Positions 36,310 to 46,275 are shown, counted from the stretch's first letter. The stretch is DNA of 62,235 bases from Clostridiaceae bacterium (GCA_016297585.1 JAEDGJ010000001.1:1-62235), one strand, 5' to 3'. A program made the numbers and translations. Notes: generated by a model from the letters alone, not told the origin.

Positions 36310-37284
36310 TTACAGCGCCGCGAGCGCCAGATCGGCGGCTTCGGCGATGTCCTTTTGGCAGGCGACGCCCATATAGCCGTAGCGGCGCGCCGGGATGCCG
36401 ATGACGCAGGCACGCACACCCGCGCGGGAGACGCTGAGCTTCCCGAGATCGGTCTGCCCGTGCAGATCCACCGTGCGCTGCACGGGGAAGGCGGCTTTTT
36501 GCTCCAGCGACTCCAAAAGCTCCAGATTGGCGGGAGACGAGCCGACGCGCACCGGCAGCGCGGGACCGCCGCCGAGCCGGACTGCGGAACGGTTTTCGCA
36601 TTCCGGCGTATCCCCGGCCTCCGTCAGCTCCAGCGCGATGGCGATGTCCGGCTCGACGGTGAACGCCGCCGCGCCCGCGCCGCGCTCGCCGAGCTTCTGC
36701 TGCACCGAAAAGACCACATACAGATCGGCGGTCTTGTCCTGCGGAAGCGTCGACGGGTGCTGCCCGGCGACGCGGGCCAGCACGTCGAGTGCCGCGACGC
36801 AGCCCGCGCGTCCGTCCAGCGCCGGGGAGACGAAGCGGTCTCCGTCCGTATGCGTCGGCAGCGCCGCGACGCAGGCGTCTCCGATGCGCAGCTCGCCGCT
36901 CGTGACGTCGATGTACAGGTGCCGCAGCTGCAGATCCTTTGCGGCGACCCCGCCGTCGCAGCCGATCACGCCGCGCGCGCCGCCCGCCGTCCGCACGGGG
37001 AGCCCGACGAGGGACGCGGGCTCGGCTTTTCCGAGCAGCCCGAAGCGGTAAAAGCCCTTTTCGTCCCGAAAGGTGACGATGAAGCCCGCCGTATCGACAT
37101 GCGTGGAGAGAAGGACGCGCGCGCCCGTGCCCGGACGGTGCACGATGAGGTTTCCGAGCGCGTCGCGGCGGATATCCGACGCGGTTTTGCGCGCCTGCGC
37201 TTCGATATAGTCGATGACCGGCGTCTCAAAGCCGGACGGCGCGGCGATCATGGCCAGATCGCGAAAGGTATCCTGATAATTCAT
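36310..37284 (-). CDS. M42-family peptidase paralog 3, apparently catalytically degenerate
   Basis: 324 aa. Retains HVDTAG and DGR, but has QQK where the paralogs have the Glu-Glu pair, and has no His at the C-terminal ligand position (RRYGYMGVA). Confidence 0.8.
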   Translation of the reverse strand: MNYQDTFRDLAMIAAPSGFETPVIDYIEAQARKTASDIRRDALGNLIVHRPGTGARVLLSTHVDTAGFIVTFRDEKGFYRFGLLGKAEPASLVGLPVRTAGGARGVIGCDGGVAAKDLQLRHLYIDVTSGELRIGDACVAALPTHTDGDRFVSPALDGRAGCVAALDVLARVAGQHPSTLPQDKTADLYVVFSVQQKLGERGAGAAAFTVEPDIAIALELTEAGDTPECENRSAVRLGGGPALPVRVGSSPANLELLESLEQKAAFPVQRTVDLHGQTDLGKLSVSRAGVRACVIGIPARRYGYMGVACQKDIAEAADLALAAL

Positions 37285-37285
37285 C

Positions 37286-38290
37286 TCAAATCTCCTCCAT
37301 CAGCGCACGCACCAGCGTCCGCATTGCTCCAAGATCGCTTACATCCATCGCCGACGACGGCGTATGGATGTACCGCACCGCCGCCGCGACGCCGATCGCC
37401 GCGGCGCCTCCCGCCGTCTGCGTGATCCGTCCGGCATCCGTGCCGCCCGCGATATAGGATTTGGTCTGATACGGGATGCCGTGCTTTTCCGCGATTTCGA
37501 ACGCCCGGCGGATCAGCGCCGGATTGTACAGCGTTGCGCCGTCCATCACCGGCATCACGGGACCCCGTCCGGGCACGCAGACCTGCATATGCGGCGGCAG
37601 ATCCGGCAGGTCGCACGCCGTCGTCCCTTCCACGACGATCGCGACGTCCGGACGGATCCGGTAGGCCGCCGCCGCCGCGCCGCGGAGCCCCTGCTCCTCC
37701 TGCACGGTGAAGGCAAACCAGGTATCCACCGGCGGCCCCTCCTGCAGCAGGCTGAGCAGCACCGCGCAGCCGACGCGGTCGTCGATCGCCTTGGCGCGGA
37801 GCATCCTCCCGTACTGCACCGGCTCGCCCGCAAACGCCGCGAAATCCCCCGGCTGGACGAGGCTTTCCGCCTCCGCCTTCGAGGACGCGCCGATGTCGAT
37901 GTACATCGCGGACACCGGCGGCAGCTTCTTCTGCTCTTCCTTCGTGTTCAGATGCGTCGCGCGGATGCCGATGACGCCGGGCACCCTGCCGATGCGCACC
38001 CGCGTGCCGAGCAGCACCTTCGCGTCGATGCCGCCGGACGTGCCGAACTTCAGAAAGCCGTCGTCCGTGACGGAGGTGACGATCAGGCCCACCTCGTCCA
38101 TATGCGCTGCCAGCATCAGCGTCCGTCCCGTGTAGCGCGCGCCCTTGCGGTATACGAGCAGATTGCCCATCACGTCTTCGGTGATGCTGTCCGCGTACGG
38201 CGCGGCCTGCGCGCGGATGAACTCCCGCACGGCGTCCTCACAGCCCGATACGCCGTCGATGGCGCAGAGCTTTTTTAACAGTTCCAGCAT
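37286..38290 (-). CDS. M42-family aminopeptidase paralog 2
   Basis: 334 aa. HMDEVG, IDDRVG, VQEEQGLRGA and YIHTP motifs are all present. Confidence 0.88.
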   Translation of the reverse strand: MLELLKKLCAIDGVSGCEDAVREFIRAQAAPYADSITEDVMGNLLVYRKGARYTGRTLMLAAHMDEVGLIVTSVTDDGFLKFGTSGGIDAKVLLGTRVRIGRVPGVIGIRATHLNTKEEQKKLPPVSAMYIDIGASSKAEAESLVQPGDFAAFAGEPVQYGRMLRAKAIDDRVGCAVLLSLLQEGPPVDTWFAFTVQEEQGLRGAAAAAYRIRPDVAIVVEGTTACDLPDLPPHMQVCVPGRGPVMPVMDGATLYNPALIRRAFEIAEKHGIPYQTKSYIAGGTDAGRITQTAGGAAAIGVAAAVRYIHTPSSAMDVSDLGAMRTLVRALMEEI

Positions 38291-39330
38291 TGGGGCACCC
38301 CCTCGTTAAAGGAACGGACAAACGCCGCGAGCAGCTCGCCGCAGGCACGGGCGTCCGATTCCCGGATGACCTCGCAGGCCGTGTGCATATACCGCAGCGG
38401 CAGGCTTACGAGCCCCGTCGCGACGCCCGTGCGGACGGTCTGCATACTCGATGCGTTCGTGCCGGTGAAGCCGGGCAGGATCTCCCGCTGATAGGGGATG
38501 CCGCGCGCTTCGGCGAGATGCACGAGCGTGGAGGAAACCTTGCGGTTCAGGTGCGGGCCGATGCCGATGCACGCGCCGCAGCCGGCGGGGAAGGTGCGCT
38601 CCTTCGGCGCATCCGGCGTCCAGGCGTGCGTGACGTCGACCGCGACCGCGTAGTCCGGGCGGAATTGATAGGCCGCCGTCGACGCGCCCGCGCCGCTCGT
38701 CTCCTCGCGCGCCGAACCGACCACCGTCAGGTCGACCGCGAGCGGTTCGTCACGCAAAAGCTCCAGCGCGTAGAGGATCGCGGCAAAGCAGGCCCGGTCG
38801 TCGAGCGCCGCCGCGCCGATGAAGTCGTTTGCCAGCGCAAACGGCGGCGCGTTGACCGTTACCGGCGTGCCGATCGGTACGGCCTCCTCCGTTTCCGCGC
38901 GGGAAAGCCCTACGTCGACGACGAGGTCGTCGATCGTGACCGCCGCGTCCGCCGCCTTTTCCGCGTCGCGCATATGCGGCGGCAGACAGGCGATGACGCC
39001 GTGCAGCGTCTGCGTTTTCGTATGCACCAGCACCTCTTTTGCCGGCAGTACGCGCGGATCGAAGCCGCCGCAGGGCGCAAACCGGACAAAGCCCTCGCCC
39101 GCGTAGCCCGTGACGATGAAGCCGATCTGGTCGATATGCGCGTCCAGCAGCACCTTCGGCGCGCCGGGCACCTTGGCATACCGCGTGCCGGCGACCGAAA
39201 AGAGCGGCAGCGTTTCCACCGTGTCGCATAAGGGCGCCAGCAGTGCCGACGCGCATGCCGCGGCGCGCTGTTCATAGCCCGATACGCCCGGCGGCTCGGA
39301 CAGCCGCGCGATGGTTTCCCGGAAATCCAA
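38275..39330 (-). CDS. M42-family aminopeptidase paralog 1
   Basis: 351 aa. HIDQIG, LDDRAC, AREETSGAGA, VDVTHA and YMHTA motifs are present. Overlaps paralog 2 by 16 nt. Confidence 0.88.
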   Translation of the reverse strand: MDFRETIARLSEPPGVSGYEQRAAACASALLAPLCDTVETLPLFSVAGTRYAKVPGAPKVLLDAHIDQIGFIVTGYAGEGFVRFAPCGGFDPRVLPAKEVLVHTKTQTLHGVIACLPPHMRDAEKAADAAVTIDDLVVDVGLSRAETEEAVPIGTPVTVNAPPFALANDFIGAAALDDRACFAAILYALELLRDEPLAVDLTVVGSAREETSGAGASTAAYQFRPDYAVAVDVTHAWTPDAPKERTFPAGCGACIGIGPHLNRKVSSTLVHLAEARGIPYQREILPGFTGTNASSMQTVRTGVATGLVSLPLRYMHTACEVIRESDARACGELLAAFVRSFNEGVPQCWNC

Positions 39331-39348
39331 GACGAATCCCTCCCTCGT

Positions 39349-40743
39349 TTATTCTCCGAACGAGCGGACGATCTCCTTATACACCCGCCCGCGATGCTCA
39401 AAATTGTCGAACTGGTCGAACGCCGCGCATGCGGGGGACAGCGTGACGACGTCTCCCGGCTGCGCAAGCGACTTCGCGGTCAGCACCGCGTCCCGGAACG
39501 TCGGGGCGTCCACGATCGGCAGCTTTTCCGGGTCGTACCCCGGCGCGTTTTCCACTGCCGCGCGGATCTTCGGCGACGTCGTGCCGCACAGCACCAGCGC
39601 CTTGACATGGTCGACGAACTCCGGCCCCAGCGCGTCGAACGGGATCTTCTTGTCGTAGCCGCCCGCGATGACGATCAGCTTCTGCTCGAACGCGTGCAGC
39701 CCCGCGATGACCCGCGTCGGCGCCGTGGCGATGGAATCGTTGTAGTAGCGCACGCCCTCGTATTCGCGGACGAACTCGATGCGGTGCTCGACGCCGTTAA
39801 ACTCGCGCGCAAACGGCGCGATGACGTCCGCGGGCACCATATCGTGCACCGCGGCGATCGCCGTCGCGAAATTGTCGACGTTGTGCATCCCGGGCAGGCG
39901 GATATCCGCGCGGGAAAGCACGGGCTCGGTCTTTCCCCCGTGCGCGTAGACCAGCGTATCTCCGTCGAGATACACGCCTTCGTCCACGCGGTCGTGGATG
40001 GAGAACCAGACGACGCTGCCCTTCGCCTCTTCGGCGTAGGCGCGCGTGACGGGATTATCCCAGTTTAAGACCAGCCGGTCGCCCGCGTTCTGCCAGCGGA
40101 ACACGTTGCGCTTTGCGTCGATGTATTCCTCCATGCCGCGGTGATAGTCGAGGTGGTTCGGCGTCACGTTCTTCACGACCGCCGTGTGCGCGCTCTTTTT
40201 CATCGTCATCAGCTGGAAGCTCGACAGCTCCACGGCGACGATGTCCTCCGGACGGATCTCCGGCGTGCGGTCGAACAGCGGCGTGCCGATGTTGCCGCCG
40301 ATGTGGACGGTCTTCCCCGCGCGGCGCAGCAGTCCCGCGATCTCCGTCGTCGTCGTCGTCTTGCCCTCCGAGCCCGTGACCGCGATGATCGGGCAGGGAC
40401 AGACGTCGAAAAACGCCTCCATCTCCGACGTCAGCACCGCGCCGTTTTCCAGCGCGCGGACGATGCCCGGCAGATCGGGCCGCAGTCCCGGCGTGCGGAA
40501 GATGACGTCCGGCCGAAGCGAGGGCAGCGTGTCAAGATAGTCGGGCCCTAGCACCGTGCGGACGCCGAGCGCGCGCAGGGTATCCATATAATCGCCGAGC
40601 TGCCCGGCGCTCTTTTTATCGCAGACGGTCACGTCCGCGCCCGCGCGGGCGAGAATGCCGACTAAGGGGCGGTTTGACACGCCGACGCCCAGCACCGCCA
40701 CGCGTTTGCCGCGAAGTGAGGACAGATATTCCGTATAATTCAT
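39349..40743 (-). CDS. murD: UDP-N-acetylmuramoylalanine--D-glutamate ligase
   Basis: Start set to ATG 40743 (GGAGG SD), giving 464 aa. Rossmann N-terminus VAVLGVGVSN and Mur ligase P-loop AVTGSEGKTTTT. Confidence 0.92.
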   Translation of the reverse strand: MNYTEYLSSLRGKRVAVLGVGVSNRPLVGILARAGADVTVCDKKSAGQLGDYMDTLRALGVRTVLGPDYLDTLPSLRPDVIFRTPGLRPDLPGIVRALENGAVLTSEMEAFFDVCPCPIIAVTGSEGKTTTTTEIAGLLRRAGKTVHIGGNIGTPLFDRTPEIRPEDIVAVELSSFQLMTMKKSAHTAVVKNVTPNHLDYHRGMEEYIDAKRNVFRWQNAGDRLVLNWDNPVTRAYAEEAKGSVVWFSIHDRVDEGVYLDGDTLVYAHGGKTEPVLSRADIRLPGMHNVDNFATAIAAVHDMVPADVIAPFAREFNGVEHRIEFVREYEGVRYYNDSIATAPTRVIAGLHAFEQKLIVIAGGYDKKIPFDALGPEFVDHVKALVLCGTTSPKIRAAVENAPGYDPEKLPIVDAPTFRDAVLTAKSLAQPGDVVTLSPACAAFDQFDNFEHRGRVYKEIVRSFGE

Positions 40744-40866
40744 CAGAAAGCCTCCGAAATTGCAGATTCTTTTGCCGCTTTTCTCCATTATATCACAGCA
40801 CCGTGCAAATGCAAGCGGAAAATGTGCGGGAAGCTATGCGCGGACGCTTTTTGCCCAAACTCGCTA

Positions 40867-40895
40867 TTGCCAAACGCGCACGGGTAGGGTATAAT
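40867..40895 (+). promoter_or_regulatory. Putative promoter of lspA-rluD (TTGCCA-17-TATAAT)
   Basis: TTGCCA at 40867-40872, TATAAT at 40890-40895. Confidence 0.55.
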
Positions 40896-40933
40896 AAATC
40901 AAAACCCGAAAAAACGAACAGGAAACGGTGAAA

Positions 40934-41413
40934 ATGGAAGCGGTATTGGGTATTCTTTTTATGGCGGCGGGCGTCGGGCTTGACCGCGTCGTGAAGATCT
41001 GGGCGGAGCGGGTGCTCGCGCCCGTCGGCTCCATCCCGGTCTGGGACGGCGTTTTCCGGCTGACCTACGCCGAGAACCGCGGCGCGGCGTTCTCGCTTTT
41101 CCACGGACAGCGCTGGTTCCTCGTCGCCGTGACGGGGGCGGTACTGGCGGTTCTGCTGGTCGCGATCGTAAAAAACTGGATCCCGAAGGGGCTTGCGCGG
41201 TGGGGCGCCTACTGCGTTGCCTCCGGCGCGGTCGGCAACTTCATCGACCGCATCGCGCGCGGCTATGTGATCGACCTTTTTGACTTCTATCTGATCCATT
41301 TCGCGATCTTCAACGTCGCCGACATCCTCGTCTGCGTCGGCGGGGGACTGTTTGCGCTCTGGGTGATCATCGGCATGGTGCGCGAAAAGCGCGAAGGGGA
41401 GAAAAAAGCGTGA
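40934..41413 (+). CDS. lspA: Lipoprotein signal peptidase II
   Basis: 159 aa from ATG 40934 (the track ORF starts at GTG 40928). 4 TM. NRGAAFS and FNVADI catalytic-Asp motifs. Confidence 0.9.
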   Translation: MEAVLGILFMAAGVGLDRVVKIWAERVLAPVGSIPVWDGVFRLTYAENRGAAFSLFHGQRWFLVAVTGAVLAVLLVAIVKNWIPKGLARWGAYCVASGAVGNFIDRIARGYVIDLFDFYLIHFAIFNVADILVCVGGGLFALWVIIGMVREKREGEKKA

Positions 41414-42315
41414 CGTGGATCATCCCCGAGTCCCTTGACGGCGCGCGCGCCGACGTCGTGCTGTCGGCGCTGGGGGAGATGACCCGCAGCGCCGCGCAGA
41501 AGCTGCTGGACGCGGGAGCGGTGTGCGCGGACGGCAAAACTGCGGCAAAAAGCGCGAAGCTGCGTGCCGGAACGGCGCTTTCGGCGGAGATCCCGGAGCC
41601 CGCGCCCGCCGAGCCCGTGCCGCAGGACATCCCGCTCGACATCGTCTACGAGGACGGCGATGTGCTCGTCGTCAACAAGCCCGCGGGGCTGGTCGTCCAT
41701 CCCGCCGCGGGACATGAGGACGGCACGCTCGTCAACGCGCTGCTCTATCACTGCGGAGATACCCTCGGCGGCATCAACGGCGTGCTGCGTCCCGGCATCG
41801 TCCACCGCATCGACCGCGACACCTCGGGGCTGCTCGTCGTCGCCAAGAACGACGCCGCGATGGAGTCGCTCGCGCGGGAGCTCGCAGCGCATCACACCGA
41901 ACGCGTCTACGAGTGCATCGTGCGCGGCTGCCCCGATGACGAGGGAACGGTCGACGCGCCGGTCGGACGGCATCCGACCGACCGCAAGAAGATGGCCGTC
42001 AACTATAAAAACGGCAAGCCCGCCGTGACGCATTACCGGGTGCTGGAGCGCTTTGCGGGGTATTCCTACGTCGAGTGCCGGCTGGAGACGGGACGCACGC
42101 ATCAGATCCGCGTGCATATGGCGCATATCGGGCATCCGATCGTCGGCGATCCGGTGTACAATCCCGGCGGCGAAAGCTTCGGGCTGACGGGACAGTGCCT
42201 TCACGCCAAAACCCTCTGCTTCCGGCATCCGAAAACCGGAGAAATGCTGAAATTTACGTCCGAGCTGCCCGAAACGTTCCGAAAGCTCTTGACAAAGCTT
42301 CGCGGGCGGGTGTAA
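41410..42315 (+). CDS. rluD: RluA-family 23S rRNA pseudouridine synthase (RluD-like)
   Basis: 301 aa, GTG start overlapping the lspA stop. S4-like N-terminus, catalytic HRIDRDTSGLLVVAK and RTHQIRVHM. Confidence 0.88.
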   Translation: MTWIIPESLDGARADVVLSALGEMTRSAAQKLLDAGAVCADGKTAAKSAKLRAGTALSAEIPEPAPAEPVPQDIPLDIVYEDGDVLVVNKPAGLVVHPAAGHEDGTLVNALLYHCGDTLGGINGVLRPGIVHRIDRDTSGLLVVAKNDAAMESLARELAAHHTERVYECIVRGCPDDEGTVDAPVGRHPTDRKKMAVNYKNGKPAVTHYRVLERFAGYSYVECRLETGRTHQIRVHMAHIGHPIVGDPVYNPGGESFGLTGQCLHAKTLCFRHPKTGEMLKFTSELPETFRKLLTKLRGRV

Positions 42316-42354
42316 AATAAAAATGCAGAGATGTAACTGTGCAAAGGGTATAAT

Positions 42355-42455
42355 GTAAAAACCGGGGTGCTGGAGCGTATCCGGCTGAGACGGGAGCTGA
42401 CGCTGCTTCCGATACCGTGAACCTGATCCGGGTAATGCCGGCGTAGGAAGTTTTC
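42355..42455 (+). promoter_or_regulatory. TPP (THI-box) riboswitch
   Basis: GGGGTGC...CTGAGA...ACCGTGAACCTGATCCGGGTAATGCCGGCGTAGGAA matches the THI-element core. P1 is AAAAC/GTTTT. TATAAT at 42349-42354 lies just upstream. Confidence 0.88.
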
Positions 42456-42487
42456 GCTTTCCGTTTTCGAAGGATGAAAGGCGATGG

Positions 42488-42516
42488 AGCTGCGCCGTAT
42501 TTGCGCAGCTTTTTTT
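42488..42516 (+). terminator. Riboswitch expression-platform terminator
   Basis: Stem AGCTGCGC / GCGCAGCT with a 7-nt loop, followed by T6, about 35 nt before the thiT start. Confidence 0.8.
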
Positions 42517-42551
42517 CTGACATTTCAAAACGAAAGGCGTGCTCTGATTCC

Positions 42552-43103
42552 ATGAAAAAGGAAAATTCCCTCGCTGCCCTGCGCAACCTCGTCGAAACCG
42601 CGCTCCTCATTGCCATCGCGTTCGCGCTCGGACGCGTCAAGCTCTTTACCATGCCCAACGGCGGCTCCGTGACGCCCGCCGCGATGCTGCCGCTGATTAT
42701 AATCGGCCTGCGCCGCGGTCCGAAATGGGGCTTTCTCGGCTGCATCGTCTACGGCATCCTCGACTTCATGCTCGACGGCGGCTTTGCGCTCAACCTCTGG
42801 TCCATTCTGCTCGATTACCTGCTTGCCTACGGCGCGCTCGGTGTTTCGGGCTTCTTCAAGGGTAAGAAAAACGGTGTCTGGATTGCGATGCCTGTCGCCG
42901 TTGCCGCGCGGTTCGTGTTTGTATTCCTCTCCGGCGTGACCGTCTGGGCGGATTACACCGCGTCCTCGTTCGGCGATATCTGGCTTTTCAGCCTGACCTA
43001 TCAGGCAAGCTACCTGCTGCCCGAGCTTGCGTTGATGTATGTAATCGCGTTTGCCATGCGTATGGCGTGGCCGCGGCTTCTTAATCCCGACGATGTGAGG
43101 TAA
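42552..43103 (+). CDS. thiT: ECF-type thiamine transporter S component
   Basis: Start set to ATG 42552 (downstream of the riboswitch terminator), giving 183 aa, about 6 TM. TPP-riboswitch context and family-like MPNGGSVT segment. Confidence 0.8.
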   Translation: MKKENSLAALRNLVETALLIAIAFALGRVKLFTMPNGGSVTPAAMLPLIIIGLRRGPKWGFLGCIVYGILDFMLDGGFALNLWSILLDYLLAYGALGVSGFFKGKKNGVWIAMPVAVAARFVFVFLSGVTVWADYTASSFGDIWLFSLTYQASYLLPELALMYVIAFAMRMAWPRLLNPDDVR

Positions 43104-43106
43104 ATC

Positions 43107-43748
43107 ATGTTTTCTCTGTCGCCACGTCTTGCGGCGGTCGCCCGGATGATTCCGCGCGGCGCGGCGCTGGCGGACATCGGGTCCGACCACGCGTACCTTC
43201 CCATTTATATGATTTCTCATGAGGCGGTCGCATCTGCGATCGCCTCAGACATAAGCGCCCCCTGCGTCGCCCGCGCAAAGGACAATGCCGGGCGGTACGG
43301 CGTCGCGGATCGCATCTCCTTCCGCTGCGCCGACGGGCTTTCCGGCATCCGCCCGGACGAGTGCGACACCGTCGTCATCGCCGGGATGGGCGGCGAGACG
43401 ATGGGCGCCATCCTTGAAGCGGCGCCGTGGGCGCTTGAGAAGCGCCTGATCCTGCAGCCCGCCTCCCGCGCGCCGTTTCTGCGGCGCTGGCTGTACGCGC
43501 ACGGCTGTGCGGTCGCGGAGGAAACCGCCGTCCGGGACTCGGGCAGGCTGTATCCGGTGCTCGCCGCGGCAAAGGGCGAGCCGCCGCGGGGGGAGCTTTT
43601 CGAATACGCCTCCCCCGCGCTGCTGTCCCATGCGGACGACCCGGACGTCCGCGCGTATCTCGAGCGAACGGCGGCGCTCCTCGAAAAAGAGGTCGGCCGC
43701 GATCACCGTGCGCTGACCGCCGCGCTCCGTGACGCGGCAAAAGGATGA
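43107..43748 (+). CDS. trmK: tRNA (adenine22-N1)-methyltransferase
   Basis: 213 aa. LADIGSDHAYLPIY and VIAGMGGE motifs. Conserved trmK-nif3 (yqfN-yqfO) pairing. Confidence 0.88.
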   Translation: MFSLSPRLAAVARMIPRGAALADIGSDHAYLPIYMISHEAVASAIASDISAPCVARAKDNAGRYGVADRISFRCADGLSGIRPDECDTVVIAGMGGETMGAILEAAPWALEKRLILQPASRAPFLRRWLYAHGCAVAEETAVRDSGRLYPVLAAAKGEPPRGELFEYASPALLSHADDPDVRAYLERTAALLEKEVGRDHRALTAALRDAAKG

Positions 43749-43764
43749 AAGGAGTACGAATACG

Positions 43765-44523
43765 ATGAAAATGCAAGATATTTTCGACCGTCTGAATGAG
43801 TTTGCGCCCGTTTCGACGGCGATGGAATATGACAACCCCGGCTTCCTTGTCGGAAACCCGGACGACGAGGTCACGGGCATCCTCGCGGCGCTCGACTGTA
43901 CTCCCGACGTCATCGCCGAGGCCGTGACACGGCGCGCAAACCTGATCGTGACCCATCATCCGGTGATCTTCAAGCCCCTGTCGAAGATCGTCGCCGGCAC
44001 CCTCGACGGCGACCGCGTCCGCGCGCTGGTCTCCGCCGGCATCTCCGTCATTTCCATGCACACGAACCTCGACCGCGCGGCGGGCGGCGTCAACGACTGC
44101 ATGGCCGACCGGCTCTCCCTGCGCAATGTGCGCCTGCTTCCCGGCGGCGAGGGGATGGGACGGATGGGCGAGCTGCCCGCGCCGATGGAAACCGACGCGT
44201 TCCTGAATCACGTCAAGGCGTCCCTCGACGTCGAGACCGTCCGCGTGACCCGCGTCGAAGGGCGCGTCCTGACGGTCGCCGTCGGCGGCGGCTCCTGCGC
44301 GGATTTCCTGAACGCCGCCCATGCCGCGGGCTGCGACGCGTTCGTCACCGCCGAGGTCAAGCACAAGCAGTTCATCGAAGCCGCCCATCTCGGGCTGCTG
44401 CTCGTCGACGCGACGCACTACGGCACCGAAAACGTCGTTGTCCGGCCGCTTGCCGACCGGCTGCGCGCGATGTACCCGGGCGTCAGCGTCGCGGAGACCG
44501 TGAATCCCGTCCGCTTTTTCTGA
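43765..44523 (+). CDS. Nif3-like dinuclear metal centre protein (YqfO family)
   Basis: Start set to ATG 43765 (AAAGGAG SD), giving 252 aa. VTHHPVIFKPL and SMHTNLD motifs. Confidence 0.88.
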   Translation: MKMQDIFDRLNEFAPVSTAMEYDNPGFLVGNPDDEVTGILAALDCTPDVIAEAVTRRANLIVTHHPVIFKPLSKIVAGTLDGDRVRALVSAGISVISMHTNLDRAAGGVNDCMADRLSLRNVRLLPGGEGMGRMGELPAPMETDAFLNHVKASLDVETVRVTRVEGRVLTVAVGGGSCADFLNAAHAAGCDAFVTAEVKHKQFIEAAHLGLLLVDATHYGTENVVVRPLADRLRAMYPGVSVAETVNPVRFF

Positions 44524-44547
44524 TAAAACGTAAGATCGGAGCCGCCT

Positions 44548-46275
44548 ATGGCCTTTGACGCAATCTGCCTGCGCGCCGTCCTCGCGGAGCTCTCTCCCGC
44601 GCTGACCGGCGCGAAAATCGATAAGGTGCAGCAGCCCTCGTCGGATACCCTGTTTTTTGCCGTGCGCACGCATCAGGGCAACCGCCGCCTGCTCGTCAAC
44701 ACCGGCGCGCATGCCCCGCGCATCCAGTTTACGGACACCATCCGCGAAAATCCCGCGCAGCCGCCGATGTTCTGCATGCTCCTGCGCAAATATCTCGTCG
44801 GCGCGAGGATCGCCGAGGTTTCGCAGCCCGGCGGCGACCGCGTCGCGCGGCTGGAGCTTCTGTGCACCGACGAGCTCGGGGACAGCGCGCGGCGTTCCCT
44901 CGTTATCGAGCTGATGGGACGCTACGCAAACGTCATCCTGCTCGACTCCGAGGGCGTGATCGTCGACTGCCTCCGCCGCGTCGACGCCGACATGAGTCCC
45001 GTCCGCCAGCTTCTGCCGGGGCTTTATTACCGTCCCCCGGCGCTGTTTGACAAGCTTTCCCTCGAGGATTCCGACGACGAGCGCACAGAGGCGCTTCTGC
45101 GCACGGCGGAAAAGCCGGACGACAAGTTCCTGCTTTCTCATTTCGCGTGGCTATCGCCGCTCGTCTGCCGCGAGCTTGCCGCGCGGGCGCACGGCAGCGC
45201 GCTGCTGCTCGGGCGCGAGGTCGCCGCCCTGCGGAAAGACGTGCTCGAAAACCGCTATACACCCACGATGGTGCTCGAGAGCCGCCGCGACGCTTACGGA
45301 CGCGAAACGAAGGTCTGCGTCGACTACAGCTACCTGCCGGTCACCCAGTACGGCGCGCTGCGCGAAACGCGGGTCTTCGCGAGCTTTTCCGAGATGCTCG
45401 ACGCGTTCTACGCGGCGCGTGAGGCCGAGGAGCATCGCGCGCAGCGGACGCAGGGGGTGCGCAAGGTCGTCTCCGGCGCGCGCGCGAAGCTCGTCAAAAA
45501 GCTTGCCGCGCAGAAGCAGGAGCAGGCCTCGGCGGAGGACCGCGAAAAGTACCGCCGCGCGGGCGACCTCATCATGGCGAACATCTGGAAGCTGTCCCGC
45601 GGCATGCAGGAGGCCGTCGTGACCGATTACATGACGGAGGGCTGTCCCGAGGTCAAGATCCGGCTCGACCCGCGGTATTCCCCGCAGGACAACGCGCAGA
45701 AGCAGTATAAGGCCTATGCCCGCGCCAAGCGTGCCGAGGAGATGCTCAAAAAGATGATCGCCGAGGGCGAGGAGGAGCTCGTCTACCTCGACAGCGTGCT
45801 CGACGCGCTGACCCGGTGCGATTCCGAGGCCGAGCTCGCCGCGATCCGCACGGAGCTCGCCGCGAACGGCTATGCGTCCCAGAAATGGGCGGCATCCGGC
45901 AAAAAACAGCGCGAAAAGCCCGTCGCGCCGCTGCATTACGAGGCGCCGGACGGGTTTGACGTCTATGTCGGCCGCAACAACGTCCAGAACGAGCAGCTCA
46001 CGCTGAAGACCGCCGCGAAAACCGACTGGTGGTTCCATGTCCAGAAGGCGGCGGGCGCGCACGTCATCCTCTCCTGCGAGGGACGCGTGCCTTCGGACGC
46101 CGTACTGGAATACGCGGCGCGGCTTGCGGCGCGGCATTCCTCCGCGTCCGGCGGCGGACTCGTCGCCGTCGACTATACGCAGATCCGCAATGTCCGCAAG
46201 CAGCCCGGCGGCAAGACCGGCATGGTGCTGTACGTCAGCTACAAAACCGCCTATGTGCAGCCCGCGGAGGATTGA
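44548..46275 (+). CDS. rqcH: Ribosome quality-control factor RqcH (NFACT / FbpA family)
   Basis: 575 aa. NFACT-N start (MAFDAICLRAVLAEL), central coiled coil, NFACT-R segment DGFDVYVGRNNVQNEQLT...WWFHVQKAAGAHVIL. Confidence 0.88.
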   Translation: MAFDAICLRAVLAELSPALTGAKIDKVQQPSSDTLFFAVRTHQGNRRLLVNTGAHAPRIQFTDTIRENPAQPPMFCMLLRKYLVGARIAEVSQPGGDRVARLELLCTDELGDSARRSLVIELMGRYANVILLDSEGVIVDCLRRVDADMSPVRQLLPGLYYRPPALFDKLSLEDSDDERTEALLRTAEKPDDKFLLSHFAWLSPLVCRELAARAHGSALLLGREVAALRKDVLENRYTPTMVLESRRDAYGRETKVCVDYSYLPVTQYGALRETRVFASFSEMLDAFYAAREAEEHRAQRTQGVRKVVSGARAKLVKKLAAQKQEQASAEDREKYRRAGDLIMANIWKLSRGMQEAVVTDYMTEGCPEVKIRLDPRYSPQDNAQKQYKAYARAKRAEEMLKKMIAEGEEELVYLDSVLDALTRCDSEAELAAIRTELAANGYASQKWAASGKKQREKPVAPLHYEAPDGFDVYVGRNNVQNEQLTLKTAAKTDWWFHVQKAAGAHVILSCEGRVPSDAVLEYAARLAARHSSASGGGLVAVDYTQIRNVRKQPGGKTGMVLYVSYKTAYVQPAED

